A program made the translations under genes and the position numbers. Below the pieces are notes generated by a model. It did not search any database and was not told the DNA's origin. It worked only from the letters and a program-made list of their open reading frames with translations. DNA of 64,000 bases from assembly GCA_964518305.1 (NCBI GenBank), contig CAZFDK010000008.1, positions 14,252 to 78,251 of the forward strand. Direction: 5' to 3'. Positions 35,884-46,023 of this stretch are shown here, one piece after another. How positions within the stretch are numbered: position 1 is the stretch's first letter; every line of letters begins with the position of its first letter. This stretch comes from an uncultured Gemmatimonadota bacterium. GTDB lineage: Bacteria > Gemmatimonadota > Gemmatimonadetes > Palauibacterales > Palauibacteraceae.

Positions 35884-38800
35884 CCGCGGCCGCCGCGCGC
35901 TCTGGCTTTTCCGAGGTCCTCGGGGCGCCCCGCCCCTCCGCCCGGCTCTCCTCTCCGAAGACGGCTTCCTGGAAGCGGCTCGTCCCCTCTTCGAAGAGGG
36001 AATAGAGCACGGGCACCAGGAGCAGGGTGAGGAAGGTGGCGAAGAGAATGCCGACGATGACGGCGATCGCCATGGGGCCCCACCAGGCAGCCTGCTCCCC
36101 GCCCCAGTACAGCTCCGGCTGCAGGCCCGTGTAGAGGCCGAAGAAGTCGAAGTTGAGGCCCATGGCCAGCGGGACCAGGCCCAGCGCCGTGGTGATGGCC
36201 GTGAGCACCACCGGGCGGAAACGCGTCGTCCCGCCCTCCATCAGCGCCTCGCGCACCCCGAGGCCGTCCCGGTCCCGAAGGATCTCCACGTAGTCCAGCA
36301 GGACCACGCCGTTGTTCACCACGATTCCGGCCAGCGAGATGATTCCGACCCCGGTCATGACGATGCTGAAGGGCATCTGGAAGAGCAGCAGCCCCACCAG
36401 CACTCCGGAGGTCGACATGACCACCGAGGTGAGGATGATCAGGGGTTTGGTGACGGAGTTGAACTGGGAGACCAGGATGAGGGCGATCAGCATGAGCGCG
36501 GCCCCGAAGGCGGTCGAGAGGAAAGACCGCGCCTCGGTCTGCTCGGTCTGCTGTCCCGTGTACCGGATCTCGTAGCCCGTCGGCAACTCCTTCCGGAACC
36601 CCGACAGCGTCTGCTGCACCTCGGCCAGCACCGCGTTGCTGTTGAACGCGGACCGGACGTCGGAGCTGATCGTCGCCACCCTCTCCATGTCCTTCCGCTT
36701 GATCGTCCCGAGCCCCTCCTCCACCTCCCAGTCGGCCACCGACACCAGGGGCACCTGGGTCCCCCGGGCGTTCGTGATCGTCAGATTCTCCAGGGAGGAG
36801 AGCGTCTCCCGATCCTCCTCGGCCAGCCGCACCTCGATGTCGTACTCGTCCTCGCCGGTCCGGTACTCCCCGGCCTTGAGCCCCTGCACTCCGGTGCGCA
36901 CGGCCCGCCCGATCTGCGACGTGGAGAGCCCGAAGAGAGCCGCCTCCTCCCGGTCGATCTTCACCGACAGCTCAGGGCGCACCTCGTCCATGTCGTTCTC
37001 CAGGTTCACCAGCTTCGAGTAGACCGGCGCGTCCTGGATGATCGCCATGGCACTGTCCGCCAGGCGGTTCAGGCGGTCGGGGTCCGGTCCGACGATCTCG
37101 ACGTTCACCGGCAGTCCGGTGGGAGGTCCCTGCTGGGGCTGCTCCACGGAGATCTCCGCGCCCGAGATCCCGCGCGTCACGGTGGAGCGGATCTCCTCGA
37201 TCGTCCGGAACGAGCTCTGGGTCCGGTACTGGTAATCCTCGAGGTTCAGGGTGACGCGACTTTCGCTCGGGCTGGACGGACCGCCACCGCCGAAGCCCGA
37301 CGCGCCTCCGCCGCCGCCCACCGTCGTGACCACGGAGGTGACGTCCTTCCAGCCGTCCACGGAGGAAAGTCGGTCCTCCACCCTGTTCGCGATCCGGTCG
37401 GTGAACTGAACGCGGCTGCCGACGCCGGACTCGATCGACACGATGGCCTGGTTGGGCGGAATGTCCTCCGGGAAGAAGGTGACGCCGGCGTTCCACCGGC
37501 CGAAGGCCATGAAGCTCCCGATCAGGACGACGCCCGAGATGGCCAGCACGATCCCCCGGTGATCCAGCGCCCAGTCCAGCGCGCGCTCGTAGGGTCGCAG
37601 GAGGATCTCGAAGCCGCGGCTCTGGAACCAGTCCGCCGCCCCCCGGAGGACGAAGCGGTAGAGGAGGAAGAGCAGCAGCCCGGTGGCGGCGAAGAGCACC
37701 GCCGTGAGCCAGTTGGCCGCCCCCACCAGCAGCAGGCCCAGGGCCCCGGTGGCGTACAGCAGCCACCGGCCCGTACGGGTCAGGTCCACGCTCCTGCCCT
37801 CGCCACCCTTCGGCAGCAACAGCGCGCACAGGGTGGGTACGATCACCAGCGCTACGAAGAGCGAGCTGGAGAGGGTGATGATGAGGGTGAGCGGCAGGTA
37901 GCCCATGAACTCGCCCACCGTCCCGGGCCAGAAGAGCAGGGGGCCGAAGGCGGCCAGCGTGGTGAAGGTTGCGATGATGATCGGCGCCGCCACCTCGCCG
38001 GTGGCCTTCTTCGCCGCCCGGACGCGGTCCCACCCCTCCTCGGCGTAGCGATAGATGTTCTCCACCACCACGATGGCGTTGTCCACCAGCATCCCCAGGG
38101 CCAGGATGAGGCTGAACAGAACCACCATGTTCATGGATACGCCCGCCACCCAGAGGACGATGAACGAGAGGAGCATGGAGGTGGGGATGGAGATCGCCAC
38201 GAACACCGACGTGCGGAGCCCCAGGAAGAAGAGCAGCACCGCGAGGATCAGGATGAGCCCGGCGACGATGTTGTTCTCCAGGCTCGTCACCATCCGCTCG
38301 ATCTGGTCCGTCTGCTCCGAGGTGTAGGCCACGGTCGTGCTCGGAGGCATCTCGGAGCGCATCTCGTCCACGGCGTCCCGCACCTGGCGCGAGGTCTTCA
38401 GGATGTTGGCGCCGGACCGCTTCACGACCGACAGCGTCACCACCGGCGAGCCGTCGAGGCGGGCGAAGCTCTCCCGGTCGGCGAAGCCGAACTCCACGTC
38501 CGCCACGTCGCGCACGTAGACCGGGCGTTCGCCCTTGCGCGCCACCACCAGATCCTCGATGCGCTGCGGGTCCTCGAACCGCCCGCCCACCCGGAGCAGG
38601 TACTCCTGGGCCCCGGCGTCGATGGAACCGCCCGGAACGTCGACGTTCTCCGACTGGATCGTGCCGACCAGCTGGCTCAAGGAGAGGCCGTAGAACTTCA
38701 GATCGGTCAGGTCGACGCTCACCCGGACCTTTCGCTCCCGGCCGCCCCGCAACTCGGCCCGGAGAACCCGGTTGATCTGCTCCAGGCGGTCCTGGAGGTC

Positions 38801-39361
38801 CTTGGCGACTTCCTTGAGCCGGACCAGGCTGTAGTCCCCGGACAGGTTGACCTGCATGACGGGGACTTCGTCGGTGTTGAACTCGATGATCTGAGGGTCT
38901 TCGGCCTCGTCCGGTAGCTCCGGCCGGGCCAGGTCCACCTTCTCCCTCACCTTCTGGAGGGCCTCGTTCATATCCACCGAGGAGGAGAACTCCACGGTGA
39001 TGTTCGAGTAGCCCTCGATCGTCGTGGAGCTGAACTCGTCGATCTCGGAGATCCCCTGCAGCTCCTCCTCCAGCGGCCGCGTGACCAGCGTCTCCATGTC
39101 GGAGGGGGAGACGCCCGGATACACGGTGCTCACGGCCACCGTGGGAATCTCGACCTCGGGGAAGGACTCCTTCGGTATGCTCCCGTAGGCGAGCACCCCC
39201 GCCACGGTGATCAGCACGAAGAGCACCACCACGGCGGTGGAGTGCTCCACGGCGAAGGAGGTGAACGGGTTCTCCTTGAAGCGGTCCAGGAACGACGCGA
39301 GCTCCGCCGCGTCGCCCTGGGCCTCGATCTCGTCCGGAGTCGGCGTGTCGGACGTGGTCAC
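35867..39361 (-). CDS. RND efflux transporter permease (AcrB/CzcA superfamily)
   Basis: 1164 aa with 12-TM architecture and typical RND motifs (e.g. AAILRFRPVVMT-like TTRFRPVVLTAITT). GTG start overlaps the MFP stop (GTGA). Confidence 0.92.
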   Translation of the reverse strand: MTTSDTPTPDEIEAQGDAAELASFLDRFKENPFTSFAVEHSTAVVVLFVLITVAGVLAYGSIPKESFPEVEIPTVAVSTVYPGVSPSDMETLVTRPLEEELQGISEIDEFSSTTIEGYSNITVEFSSSVDMNEALQKVREKVDLARPELPDEAEDPQIIEFNTDEVPVMQVNLSGDYSLVRLKEVAKDLQDRLEQINRVLRAELRGGRERKVRVSVDLTDLKFYGLSLSQLVGTIQSENVDVPGGSIDAGAQEYLLRVGGRFEDPQRIEDLVVARKGERPVYVRDVADVEFGFADRESFARLDGSPVVTLSVVKRSGANILKTSRQVRDAVDEMRSEMPPSTTVAYTSEQTDQIERMVTSLENNIVAGLILILAVLLFFLGLRTSVFVAISIPTSMLLSFIVLWVAGVSMNMVVLFSLILALGMLVDNAIVVVENIYRYAEEGWDRVRAAKKATGEVAAPIIIATFTTLAAFGPLLFWPGTVGEFMGYLPLTLIITLSSSLFVALVIVPTLCALLLPKGGEGRSVDLTRTGRWLLYATGALGLLLVGAANWLTAVLFAATGLLLFLLYRFVLRGAADWFQSRGFEILLRPYERALDWALDHRGIVLAISGVVLIGSFMAFGRWNAGVTFFPEDIPPNQAIVSIESGVGSRVQFTDRIANRVEDRLSSVDGWKDVTSVVTTVGGGGGASGFGGGGPSSPSESRVTLNLEDYQYRTQSSFRTIEEIRSTVTRGISGAEISVEQPQQGPPTGLPVNVEIVGPDPDRLNRLADSAMAIIQDAPVYSKLVNLENDMDEVRPELSVKIDREEAALFGLSTSQIGRAVRTGVQGLKAGEYRTGEDEYDIEVRLAEEDRETLSSLENLTITNARGTQVPLVSVADWEVEEGLGTIKRKDMERVATISSDVRSAFNSNAVLAEVQQTLSGFRKELPTGYEIRYTGQQTEQTEARSFLSTAFGAALMLIALILVSQFNSVTKPLIILTSVVMSTSGVLVGLLLFQMPFSIVMTGVGIISLAGIVVNNGVVLLDYVEILRDRDGLGVREALMEGGTTRFRPVVLTAITTALGLVPLAMGLNFDFFGLYTGLQPELYWGGEQAAWWGPMAIAVIVGILFATFLTLLLVPVLYSLFEEGTSRFQEAVFGEESRAEGRGAPRTSEKPERAAAAVSAES

Positions 39362-40458
39362 GGGGCCTCCGTCAGCCGCACCCGGTCGCCGTCGGCCAGC
39401 TGCTGCTGTCCCATGGTCACCAGGCGGTCGCCGGCCTCGAGCCCGCTCCGTACCAGCACCCGATCGGACTCCCGGGGGCCGAGCTCCACGGCCCGGCGCC
39501 GGGCCACGTCACCCGACGCCGTCTCCTCGATCACGTAGACCGCGAACCCGTCGGAGGTACGCAGCACGGCATCCTGGGGCACGGAGATCGCCTCCGGCCA
39601 GCGCGTGCGGACCATGGAGACGTCAGCCACCAGGCTGGGCTTGAGCTCCCCGTCGGGGTTGGGCAGCTCGATCTCCACCGGCAGGGTCCGGCTCTCCTCG
39701 TCCACGGCCGCACCGACGTAGGTCAGCTCGCCGCGGAACATCTCGTCGTCCAGCGACGAGACCGTCACGGTGGCGCTGTCACCCGGCGCCACGTCGTTCG
39801 CGTACCGCTCCGGCACGCCGGCCGAGACCTTCACCGGCCGGAGATCCACGATGGTGGCCACCGTCTCTCCCGGCGACACCGTGGTGCCCAGCTCGACGGG
39901 ACGCTCGTCCAGGACCCCGGAGAACGGGGCCTCGATGGTCTTGTCGGCGAGCCGGGCCTCGAGCCGGTCCACCCGGGCCGCCGCCTGCTCCGCCTGCGAG
40001 CGGGCCTCGAGGTAATCCAGCTCGGAGATGGCGTTCTTCTCCTCGTAGAGCTCGCGCCGCCGCTGCCACTGCTCCTGCGCCAGATCGGACTGAGCGCGAG
40101 CCTCCTCGAGCTGGGCCCGGAGCTCCCGGGCGTCGATCTCGGCGATCGGCGCTCCGGCCTCCAGTCGCGCCCCCTTCTCGGCGGGGAGCTCCGTGATGCG
40201 GCCGCTCTCCTGTGCGGTGAGTTCCACCGTCCTCTCGGCCTCCACGGTGCCGGTCATGTGGAGGCGATCCACGAACGCGCCCGGACGGACCGTCCGGGTT
40301 TCGACGTCGACGATTCGGGGGGCGGAGGTCGAGTCGGCCACAGCCCCGTCGCCCTCCTCCGCGGCGGAGCCCGGCGAACCGGCACAACCCGCCGCTACGG
40401 CCGCCGCGGCGAGGCCCGCTGCCAGCGCTCCCAGCGATCTGTGGGTCGGACGTGTCAT
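39358..40458 (-). CDS. RND efflux periplasmic adaptor (MFP/HlyD family)
   Basis: Lipoprotein-like N-terminus (LAAGLAAAAVAAGC), a coiled-coil hairpin and beta-barrel domains. Confidence 0.87.
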   Translation of the reverse strand: MTRPTHRSLGALAAGLAAAAVAAGCAGSPGSAAEEGDGAVADSTSAPRIVDVETRTVRPGAFVDRLHMTGTVEAERTVELTAQESGRITELPAEKGARLEAGAPIAEIDARELRAQLEEARAQSDLAQEQWQRRRELYEEKNAISELDYLEARSQAEQAAARVDRLEARLADKTIEAPFSGVLDERPVELGTTVSPGETVATIVDLRPVKVSAGVPERYANDVAPGDSATVTVSSLDDEMFRGELTYVGAAVDEESRTLPVEIELPNPDGELKPSLVADVSMVRTRWPEAISVPQDAVLRTSDGFAVYVIEETASGDVARRRAVELGPRESDRVLVRSGLEAGDRLVTMGQQQLADGDRVRLTEAP

Positions 40459-40602
40459 GATCTCGTTCGTCGTCGAGAGAGAAGCAATCTCGCGCGAGCC
40501 GGCAGACCGGACTCGTCGACGGCGCCGGGCCGCGACGTCATGAGCCCATCTCTACGGGACACGGTGGCCGCGGTGTTTCAGCGGCTGTCCGTCAGGCTGC
40601 CG

Positions 40603-41250
40603 TCAGGCCACGGCCACTCCGCGCCAGACCTGCTCGAGCCGCTCGTGCGCTTCCTCGGGAGCCACGCCGCGAAAAGCCAGCAGGCGAGAGCTGAGGAACA
40701 GATCCCGGAACTCCGACTCGTCGACCTCCAGCAGACCGCGGTGGTAGAGGGAGAGCAGGCCGTGGCTGTGCGACCACAGGGTGAGCCCCAGCTCACACGG
40801 GTCCGTGTCCCGAAGCAGGCCGGCGTCCACGCACTCGGAGACGCGGTCCTGCCAGAACTGCTGTACGGCCCGCGCCCGATCGGCCGTCTCCCCGGGCAGC
40901 TCCTCGATGCCGATCAGCTCCGGGGTCGCGTAGAAGACTTCGTAGAGGCGCGCCTCCTCGAGGGCGAAGTCGAGGTACGCCTCCTCTGCGAGCCGCATCC
41001 GCTCGGCCGGCGATCCCCCCCGCAGGGCCCGGGTCAGGTAGCCCAGCAGCGACTCGTGGGCACGGCCCACGACGTCCAGGAGAACCTCCTCCTTGCCCTC
41101 GTAGTACCGGTACAGAGCGCCCGGGGTGACGCCGACCTCGTCGGCCAGGCGCCGCATCTTGAGCCCCTCGGGGCCCTCGTCCAGGTACAGTTTACAGGCG
41201 CAGTCCAGAATCTCGTCGCGTTGAGTCATCGTGAACGTCGTATACGACAT
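40603..41250 (-). CDS. TetR/AcrR-family transcriptional regulator
   Basis: N-terminal HTH LKMRRLADEVGVTPGALYRYYEGKEEVL. ATG at 41229 or TTG at 41280 are alternative starts. Confidence 0.85.
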   Translation of the reverse strand: MSYTTFTMTQRDEILDCACKLYLDEGPEGLKMRRLADEVGVTPGALYRYYEGKEEVLLDVVGRAHESLLGYLTRALRGGSPAERMRLAEEAYLDFALEEARLYEVFYATPELIGIEELPGETADRARAVQQFWQDRVSECVDAGLLRDTDPCELGLTLWSHSHGLLSLYHRGLLEVDESEFRDLFLSSRLLAFRGVAPEEAHERLEQVWRGVAVA

Positions 41251-41315
41251 ACCTCCTGATGTTTCAGCCTGGCGGCGCAAAGAGATAAACCTCGTTCACC
41301 CGTCTTGTGCCCTCC

Positions 41316-41540
41316 TCACTCCTCCATGCCCTCCACGCCCGCATCGTCCAGGATCTGCTCGGCGCGCTCCCGGTCGTCCCGGAGCACGGCCAGCCGTGCG
41401 GGGAGCATTCCGGGCACCTGCCCCCCGAGGTCGTCGGCGGTCACCTCGCTGCGGATGCCCTGTCCGTCGAGCAGACCCCGCGCCATCTCGGCCTCCAGGC
41501 GCGAACGGAACTTCCGTACGACCACCGTCTCGTCGTCCAT
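41316..41540 (-). CDS. DUF2007-like small protein (putative signal-transducing, PII-like fold)
   Basis: RLEAEMARGLLDGQGIRSEV...DRERAEQIL. GGAGGA SD 6 nt upstream. Confidence 0.6.
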   Translation of the reverse strand: MDDETVVVRKFRSRLEAEMARGLLDGQGIRSEVTADDLGGQVPGMLPARLAVLRDDRERAEQILDDAGVEGMEE

Positions 41541-41590
41541 CGGGCGTCCTCCCTGTCCTCCGTGTGCGAAAGCATCCGAGCCCGGAGCGA

Positions 41591-42541
41591 CTACCGGGCC
41601 CCGCTCATCCAGTCCACCGTGGCGGAGAGAGCCTCCCGGTAGCCGGTCGTCTCGATCTCGCCCAGGAGCCCCTCCAGCTTCGAACAATCGAGCACGGCGG
41701 GCGCCTCGTACAGCGGCATGACGTCCAGGAAGGCTCGGACTTCGGAGTCGAACAGTGCCGCCAGATACGCCATCCAGCGCCGGATCCGGCGGAGACGAAG
41801 CTCTCGGTCGGCGATCCGGCCGGCTGTCTCCAGGAGCGAGCGGGGCGTCTCGGCCCCCGATCCCGGCACGTTCCACGGCTCGCCGTAGCTGTCTGCCTCC
41901 AGCACGAGATCGGCCAGGAGGCGCCCGGCGTCGGGGTAGTAGATGAAATCACGCGGCGCATCGGGATCCCCGGGCCACGAGACGCTGTCCCCCGAGGCCA
42001 GGCTCTCCAGAGCGTCGCTCAGAGCGTCGTTCAGGAGGCTGGAGCCCGGGTCCGGCCCGTAGAAGTCCGGCAGGCGCGCCACGGCACCGCCCGCCTCGAG
42101 GAAGATTCGCTCCTGCTCCTCGCGGACGGCCGACATGCGGCTGTCGCCCGTGCGGGCCCGGTCCTCGGACATGGGCCCGTCGTCACCGGGTCCGTACGAC
42201 CAGTACGAGGTGACCAGGAAGGGACGGGCGCCGGCCCGGGTGGCAGCCTCCACCGCGCCTCGGGCCAGGGGAAGATGACGGTCGAACGCCTCCGCCGGCA
42301 GTCCCACCGCGTGCACCACCACGTCGCACCCCTCCGCGCCGCGGTCCGCCGCGGCCCGGTCCCCGATTTCCGCCGGCACGATCTCGGCCCCGCTGTCGGC
42401 GAAGTCCCGCTCCAGGTTCGTCCGGCTGCGCGAGACCACCCGCACCTCGACCCCCCGCTCCCGGAGCTCCGGCACCAGGTGGCGCCCGATGCCACCGGTG
42501 GCGCCGAACACGGCCGCTCGCATCTCCTCCCCGTGGTCCAT
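41591..42541 (-). CDS. NAD(P)-dependent epimerase/dehydratase-family (extended SDR) protein
   Basis: Rossmann motif AVFGATGGIGRHLV. ATG at 42541 follows GGGAGGG. Confidence 0.8.
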   Translation of the reverse strand: MDHGEEMRAAVFGATGGIGRHLVPELRERGVEVRVVSRSRTNLERDFADSGAEIVPAEIGDRAAADRGAEGCDVVVHAVGLPAEAFDRHLPLARGAVEAATRAGARPFLVTSYWSYGPGDDGPMSEDRARTGDSRMSAVREEQERIFLEAGGAVARLPDFYGPDPGSSLLNDALSDALESLASGDSVSWPGDPDAPRDFIYYPDAGRLLADLVLEADSYGEPWNVPGSGAETPRSLLETAGRIADRELRLRRIRRWMAYLAALFDSEVRAFLDVMPLYEAPAVLDCSKLEGLLGEIETTGYREALSATVDWMSGAR

Positions 42542-42640
42542 CCCGCGCCCTCCCGTCGATCGTTCTCTTGGTAGTATCCGCACGTCTCCTTACCCTCGAC
42601 GTACGCAGAGTGTCACGACCGACGACTTCGCCCGGGCTGG

Positions 42641-43849
42641 ATGGCCACCGTGTGGTTTCGCACCGAGGACCCGGACGATCCGAGACACCGGGTGACCGAG
42701 ACCGGATTCCGTGTGGAACCGGAGCTCCTGGGCCGCCCCCTGGCCCATCCGCTCCGGCGTCTGGGAGCCATACTCATCGACCTCTCGGTCATCGGGACCA
42801 TCGCCGTGTCCCGGTTCATAAGCCCGTGGCTGGTGGCGCTGGTCGGGGCCTGGCTGCTCTGGCGGATCGCCGATCCCGCGGCGGACGTGCGGCTGTCCTC
42901 CGACCATCTCCGCAAACTCTTCCGCTGGACGGCCGTCGCCACCGCGACCCTGGCGATCATCGTCCTGGTGGCCGGCATGTTCACGGACGACGGTCCCTCC
43001 CCGCCTCCGGACGGGACGCGCTCCGCCGCGCTCTCGCCGGCGGAAGCGGTTCGGGGGAGCACGGCGGTCGATTCGGCGGTCTCCGACTCGGCCTCGGTGG
43101 ACTCCGTGGTGCGAGCCGCGCGCCGGGTTCCTGTCGCGGTCCAGCGACTCCGCGACGCCCCCTCGGACGAAGCTGCCCGGGACCGTGCCTCCGGGCTGGC
43201 CCTCGAGATCTATCGCGCCGGTGAGCCCCGGGACGTGGTCGCCGACAGCGTCGACGATCTGGTGGAGGAGGCCCGGGACCGGGAGGAGGTGGTCGCCTGG
43301 AGCACCGGCCGCGAGGCGATCGTGGACACGGCCCTGGCGCGGCTCGACTCCACCACCGCGCGACGGGCTGCCGCCCGGGATTCGCTCCTCGCCGCCCTGG
43401 CCGCGGCGGCCGACTCCGGCCCTCCCGAGCGGGTCTCGTCCCTGGCCGGCCGCGTCCTGGGGATGCCGCCACCTGCGGGACGACGGCAGCTGGAGGAGCG
43501 TCTGTCACACCTCGAGGAGGAGCTCGAGGCCGCGCGCCAGCCGCCGAGCGTCATCGACCTCGCGCGGGGAACGCTCGACGACCTCGGCCTGGGCCTCGGG
43601 TGGCTCGGAATCTACTTCACCGCCAGCCTGGCCCTGTGGCGGGGCCGGACCCCGGGCAAACGCCTGCTGGGGATCAGGGTGGTCCGCATCGACGGCGATC
43701 CCCTCACCACGTGGGACGCGTTCAGCCGATTCGGCGGCTACGCGGCGTCCGTGATTACCGGACTCCTGGGATTCGCCCAGCTCCTGTGGGACCCGAACCG
43801 GCAGGCCCTGCACGACCGGATCGCCGGGACGGTGGTGATCCGGGAGTAG
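42641..43849 (+). CDS. RDD-family membrane protein with a long inserted soluble region
   Basis: RRLGAILIDLSVIG at the N-terminus, and GKRLLGIRVV...LHDRIAGTVVI at the C-terminus. Confidence 0.7.
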   Translation: MATVWFRTEDPDDPRHRVTETGFRVEPELLGRPLAHPLRRLGAILIDLSVIGTIAVSRFISPWLVALVGAWLLWRIADPAADVRLSSDHLRKLFRWTAVATATLAIIVLVAGMFTDDGPSPPPDGTRSAALSPAEAVRGSTAVDSAVSDSASVDSVVRAARRVPVAVQRLRDAPSDEAARDRASGLALEIYRAGEPRDVVADSVDDLVEEARDREEVVAWSTGREAIVDTALARLDSTTARRAAARDSLLAALAAAADSGPPERVSSLAGRVLGMPPPAGRRQLEERLSHLEEELEAARQPPSVIDLARGTLDDLGLGLGWLGIYFTASLALWRGRTPGKRLLGIRVVRIDGDPLTTWDAFSRFGGYAASVITGLLGFAQLLWDPNRQALHDRIAGTVVIRE

Positions 43850-44170
43850 CGGCCCGGAGGCGAACTCCCGGAGGCCCTCCACCGACTCCCAGTAGTAGGT
43901 CACCGCCCGGTGCCCCTCGGAATCCCGCCAGCTCTTCCGCCCCAGATCGGACGACGACGCACTACGAGTGGATCCATGAGGAGACAGACGCAAGTAAGGA
44001 GCGCCGGGAGGTGCATCAGCCGGCGGACGGAGGCAGCCGACGCAGAAGGCGCCGCATCGGTGTCGAAGCAGTGTAAAATGTACAGGCAGTGTAGAAACCG
44101 TCGTCGGCCCGATCCGATCGAGCGTCGACACGGACGGTCTCTCTAACCTATTCCGAACCGCGGCAGAAGC

Positions 44171-45298
44171 ATGCGCCCGTTCCCCGACAACCTCCTCGCT
44201 GCCGGCCTCGTCATACTGCTCACGCTCCCGCTGGGCTTCGGCGGCGGACCGCCAGGTCCCGTGCCGGTCCTGGACCGAGCTGCCGGAACTCGTCCGGACG
44301 TCCGCGACATCGGCACGCTGGGCGGCGACTGGAGCGAGGCCAACGGCGTCAACGGCGAAGGCTGGGTCGTGGGTCAGAGCAAGGTGGCCCCGGGCCGGCT
44401 CCATGCCATCTCCCGACACGCGTTCCTCTGGCGCGACGGTCGGATGACGGATCTGGGCACGCTGGGCGGCACCGAGAGCGCGGCCCGGGACGTCAACGAC
44501 CGGGGTCAGGTGGTGGGGGTGGCCCAGTTCGACTCCGTGCGGGGACGGGTCGGCCGCTTCGTGGACGTGTCGCGCCGCGCCTTCCGGTGGGAGGACGGGA
44601 GGATGCGCGGGCTGGGAACGCTGGGCGGGGAGAACAGCGAGGCCCACGCGATCAACGAACGCGGAGCCGTCGTGGGCCGCGCCCAGGTCCGCCCCGGCCG
44701 GCTGCATTCCACCTCCTACCACGCCTTCCTGTGGCGGGACGGGACGATGAAAGACCTGGGCACCCTCGGCGGGACCGAGAGCGTCGCCTTCGACGTCGAC
44801 GACGCCGGTCGGGTCGTCGGGGCGAGCCAGATCGAGGCCGGCCGCGACCGGCGGGTGGACGTCCACGCCTTCCTCTGGGAGGACGGCCGGATGCGCGACC
44901 TGGGCACCCTCGGCGGGCGCTCGAGCCGCGCCCACGGCATCAACGACCGCGGACAGGTGGTCGGACACAGCTCCACCCTCGACGGCGCCGTGCACGCTTT
45001 CCTCTGGGAGGACGGCCGGATGCGGGACCTGGGGACCCTCGGCGGGCGCTCCAGCCGTGCCTACGACATCAACGAGCGGGGACAGATCGTCGGGAGCAGC
45101 GTGACCGACGAGGGGGACGTGCACGCCTTCCTCTGGGGGGACGGCGAGATGACGGACCTCGGCAGCCTCTCGGACAACAGCAGTGCCAGCGCCATCAGCG
45201 ACCACGGGCTCGTGGTCGGCGCCAGCCGGAACGAACGGAAGCGACTCGGAACGGTGGACGTGCACGCCGTCCTATGGGAACCGGACGGCGACGGCTGA
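44171..45298 (+). CDS. Secreted HAF-family extracellular repeat protein (beta-propeller-like)
   Basis: Signal peptide, then ~7.5 repeats of HAFLW-DG-M-DLGTLGG-S-A-IN-RGQVVG. Confidence 0.82.
   Translation: MRPFPDNLLAAGLVILLTLPLGFGGGPPGPVPVLDRAAGTRPDVRDIGTLGGDWSEANGVNGEGWVVGQSKVAPGRLHAISRHAFLWRDGRMTDLGTLGGTESAARDVNDRGQVVGVAQFDSVRGRVGRFVDVSRRAFRWEDGRMRGLGTLGGENSEAHAINERGAVVGRAQVRPGRLHSTSYHAFLWRDGTMKDLGTLGGTESVAFDVDDAGRVVGASQIEAGRDRRVDVHAFLWEDGRMRDLGTLGGRSSRAHGINDRGQVVGHSSTLDGAVHAFLWEDGRMRDLGTLGGRSSRAYDINERGQIVGSSVTDEGDVHAFLWGDGEMTDLGSLSDNSSASAISDHGLVVGASRNERKRLGTVDVHAVLWEPDGDG
44300..45290 (+). repeat. Tandem ~129-nt coding repeats (HAF repeats); units at 44864-44992 and 44993-45121 are near-identical
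   Basis: Direct comparison of the nucleotide strings of units 5 and 6 shows only scattered substitutions. Confidence 0.8.
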
Positions 45299-45328
45299 AC
45301 GCGGACCGCACCCTCCGTGCGGCGCGAC

Positions 45329-45354
45329 CGGCCACCGGGACCCCGGTGGTCGGG
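45329..45354. other. GC-rich hairpin between convergent genes (possible bidirectional terminator stem, no U tract)
   Basis: CCGGCCACCGGG-AC-CCCGGTGGTCGG, about 11 bp including one G.U pair. Confidence 0.3.
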
Positions 45355-45358
45355 CCCC

Positions 45359-45697
45359 TCACACCCTCTCCACCCGCAGCGGCTCCCCGGCCAGATCGGC
45401 CACCAGGTCGGTGTACTCGACACCGAACCACTCGTAGAAGCGCTCCAGGTCCCGCGGCTCCGGCCACACCTCCCGGTCCTCGGTCCAGGCGGCCAGCTCC
45501 TCCTCGAAGATCGACCCGTGGGCCTCCTCGACGAACTCGTTCACCTCCTCCAGCGTGCCGAACTGGGGGATCAGATAGGCCGCGGGCATCCCCTCGTCCA
45601 GGCGGAAGTCCGGACCGTGGTGCTCCAGCCCGTTCGCCCAGTCCAGATAGGGCTGTCTCGGTACGACCAGGAGAAGCCCTCGGTTCACGACATCCAT
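45359..45697 (-). CDS. Hypothetical protein (112 aa)
   Basis: GAGGGAG SD 4-5 nt upstream of the ATG. Good coding composition. No recognised domain. Confidence 0.5.
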   Translation of the reverse strand: MDVVNRGLLLVVPRQPYLDWANGLEHHGPDFRLDEGMPAAYLIPQFGTLEEVNEFVEEAHGSIFEEELAAWTEDREVWPEPRDLERFYEWFGVEYTDLVADLAGEPLRVERV

Positions 45698-45786
45698 CGG
45701 TCTCCCTCTGCGTATCGGTGTGCGGGGAGGGCCTGCGCGCGGGAGCGCGCGACCTCGAGTTCCCCGAGAGGCCCGCGCCCCCGGGC

Positions 45787-46023
45787 TCAGCGGCTGACGC
45801 CCGGCATTCGCGTCCAGGTCCAGTGGAAGAGACGGGTGGCTCCGTAGAGGACGGCGGACCATGCCACGAAGCCGCCCCCGGTGATGACCGCGGCCCGGCC
45901 GACACCCTGCCGTTCGGCCACGGACGCCACCATCTCGGCGCCGCCCATGAGCAGCCACGACAGGGCACAGGCGACGGCCACGGAGAGGCTCAGGGCGAAG
46001 AAGCGGGGGCTGTCGTCGTCCAC
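45787..46023 (-). CDS. Hypothetical small membrane protein (2 TM)
   Basis: GTG 9 nt after GGAGG. FFALSLSVAVACALSWLLMG and AAVITGGGFVAWSAVLYG. Confidence 0.4.
   Translation of the reverse strand: MDDDSPRFFALSLSVAVACALSWLLMGGAEMVASVAERQGVGRAAVITGGGFVAWSAVLYGATRLFHWTWTRMPGVSR

Noticed and set aside
40489-40498. CTCGCGCGAG palindrome ~30 nt upstream of the RND adaptor gene, considered as a TetR operator.
   Set aside because: It is a 10-bp pure-GC-type palindrome of a kind frequent in this composition. TetR operators are usually longer and AT-richer, and there is no second copy upstream of the tetR gene.
43850-43935. Minus-strand peptide ...SWRDSEGHRAVTYYWESVEGLREFASGP, resembling the C-terminal part of an antibiotic-biosynthesis-monooxygenase-like domain.
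   Set aside because: There is no start codon or upstream half, and the frame runs on antisense into the RDD gene. At best it is a short gene remnant, and it cannot be supported without a database alignment.
44300-45290. Regularly spaced repeats that might be mistaken for a CRISPR array.
   Set aside because: The period is 129 nt and the repeats are in frame and translate to HAF protein repeats within a signal-peptide ORF. There are no short conserved direct repeats with unique spacers. No cas genes are in the window.
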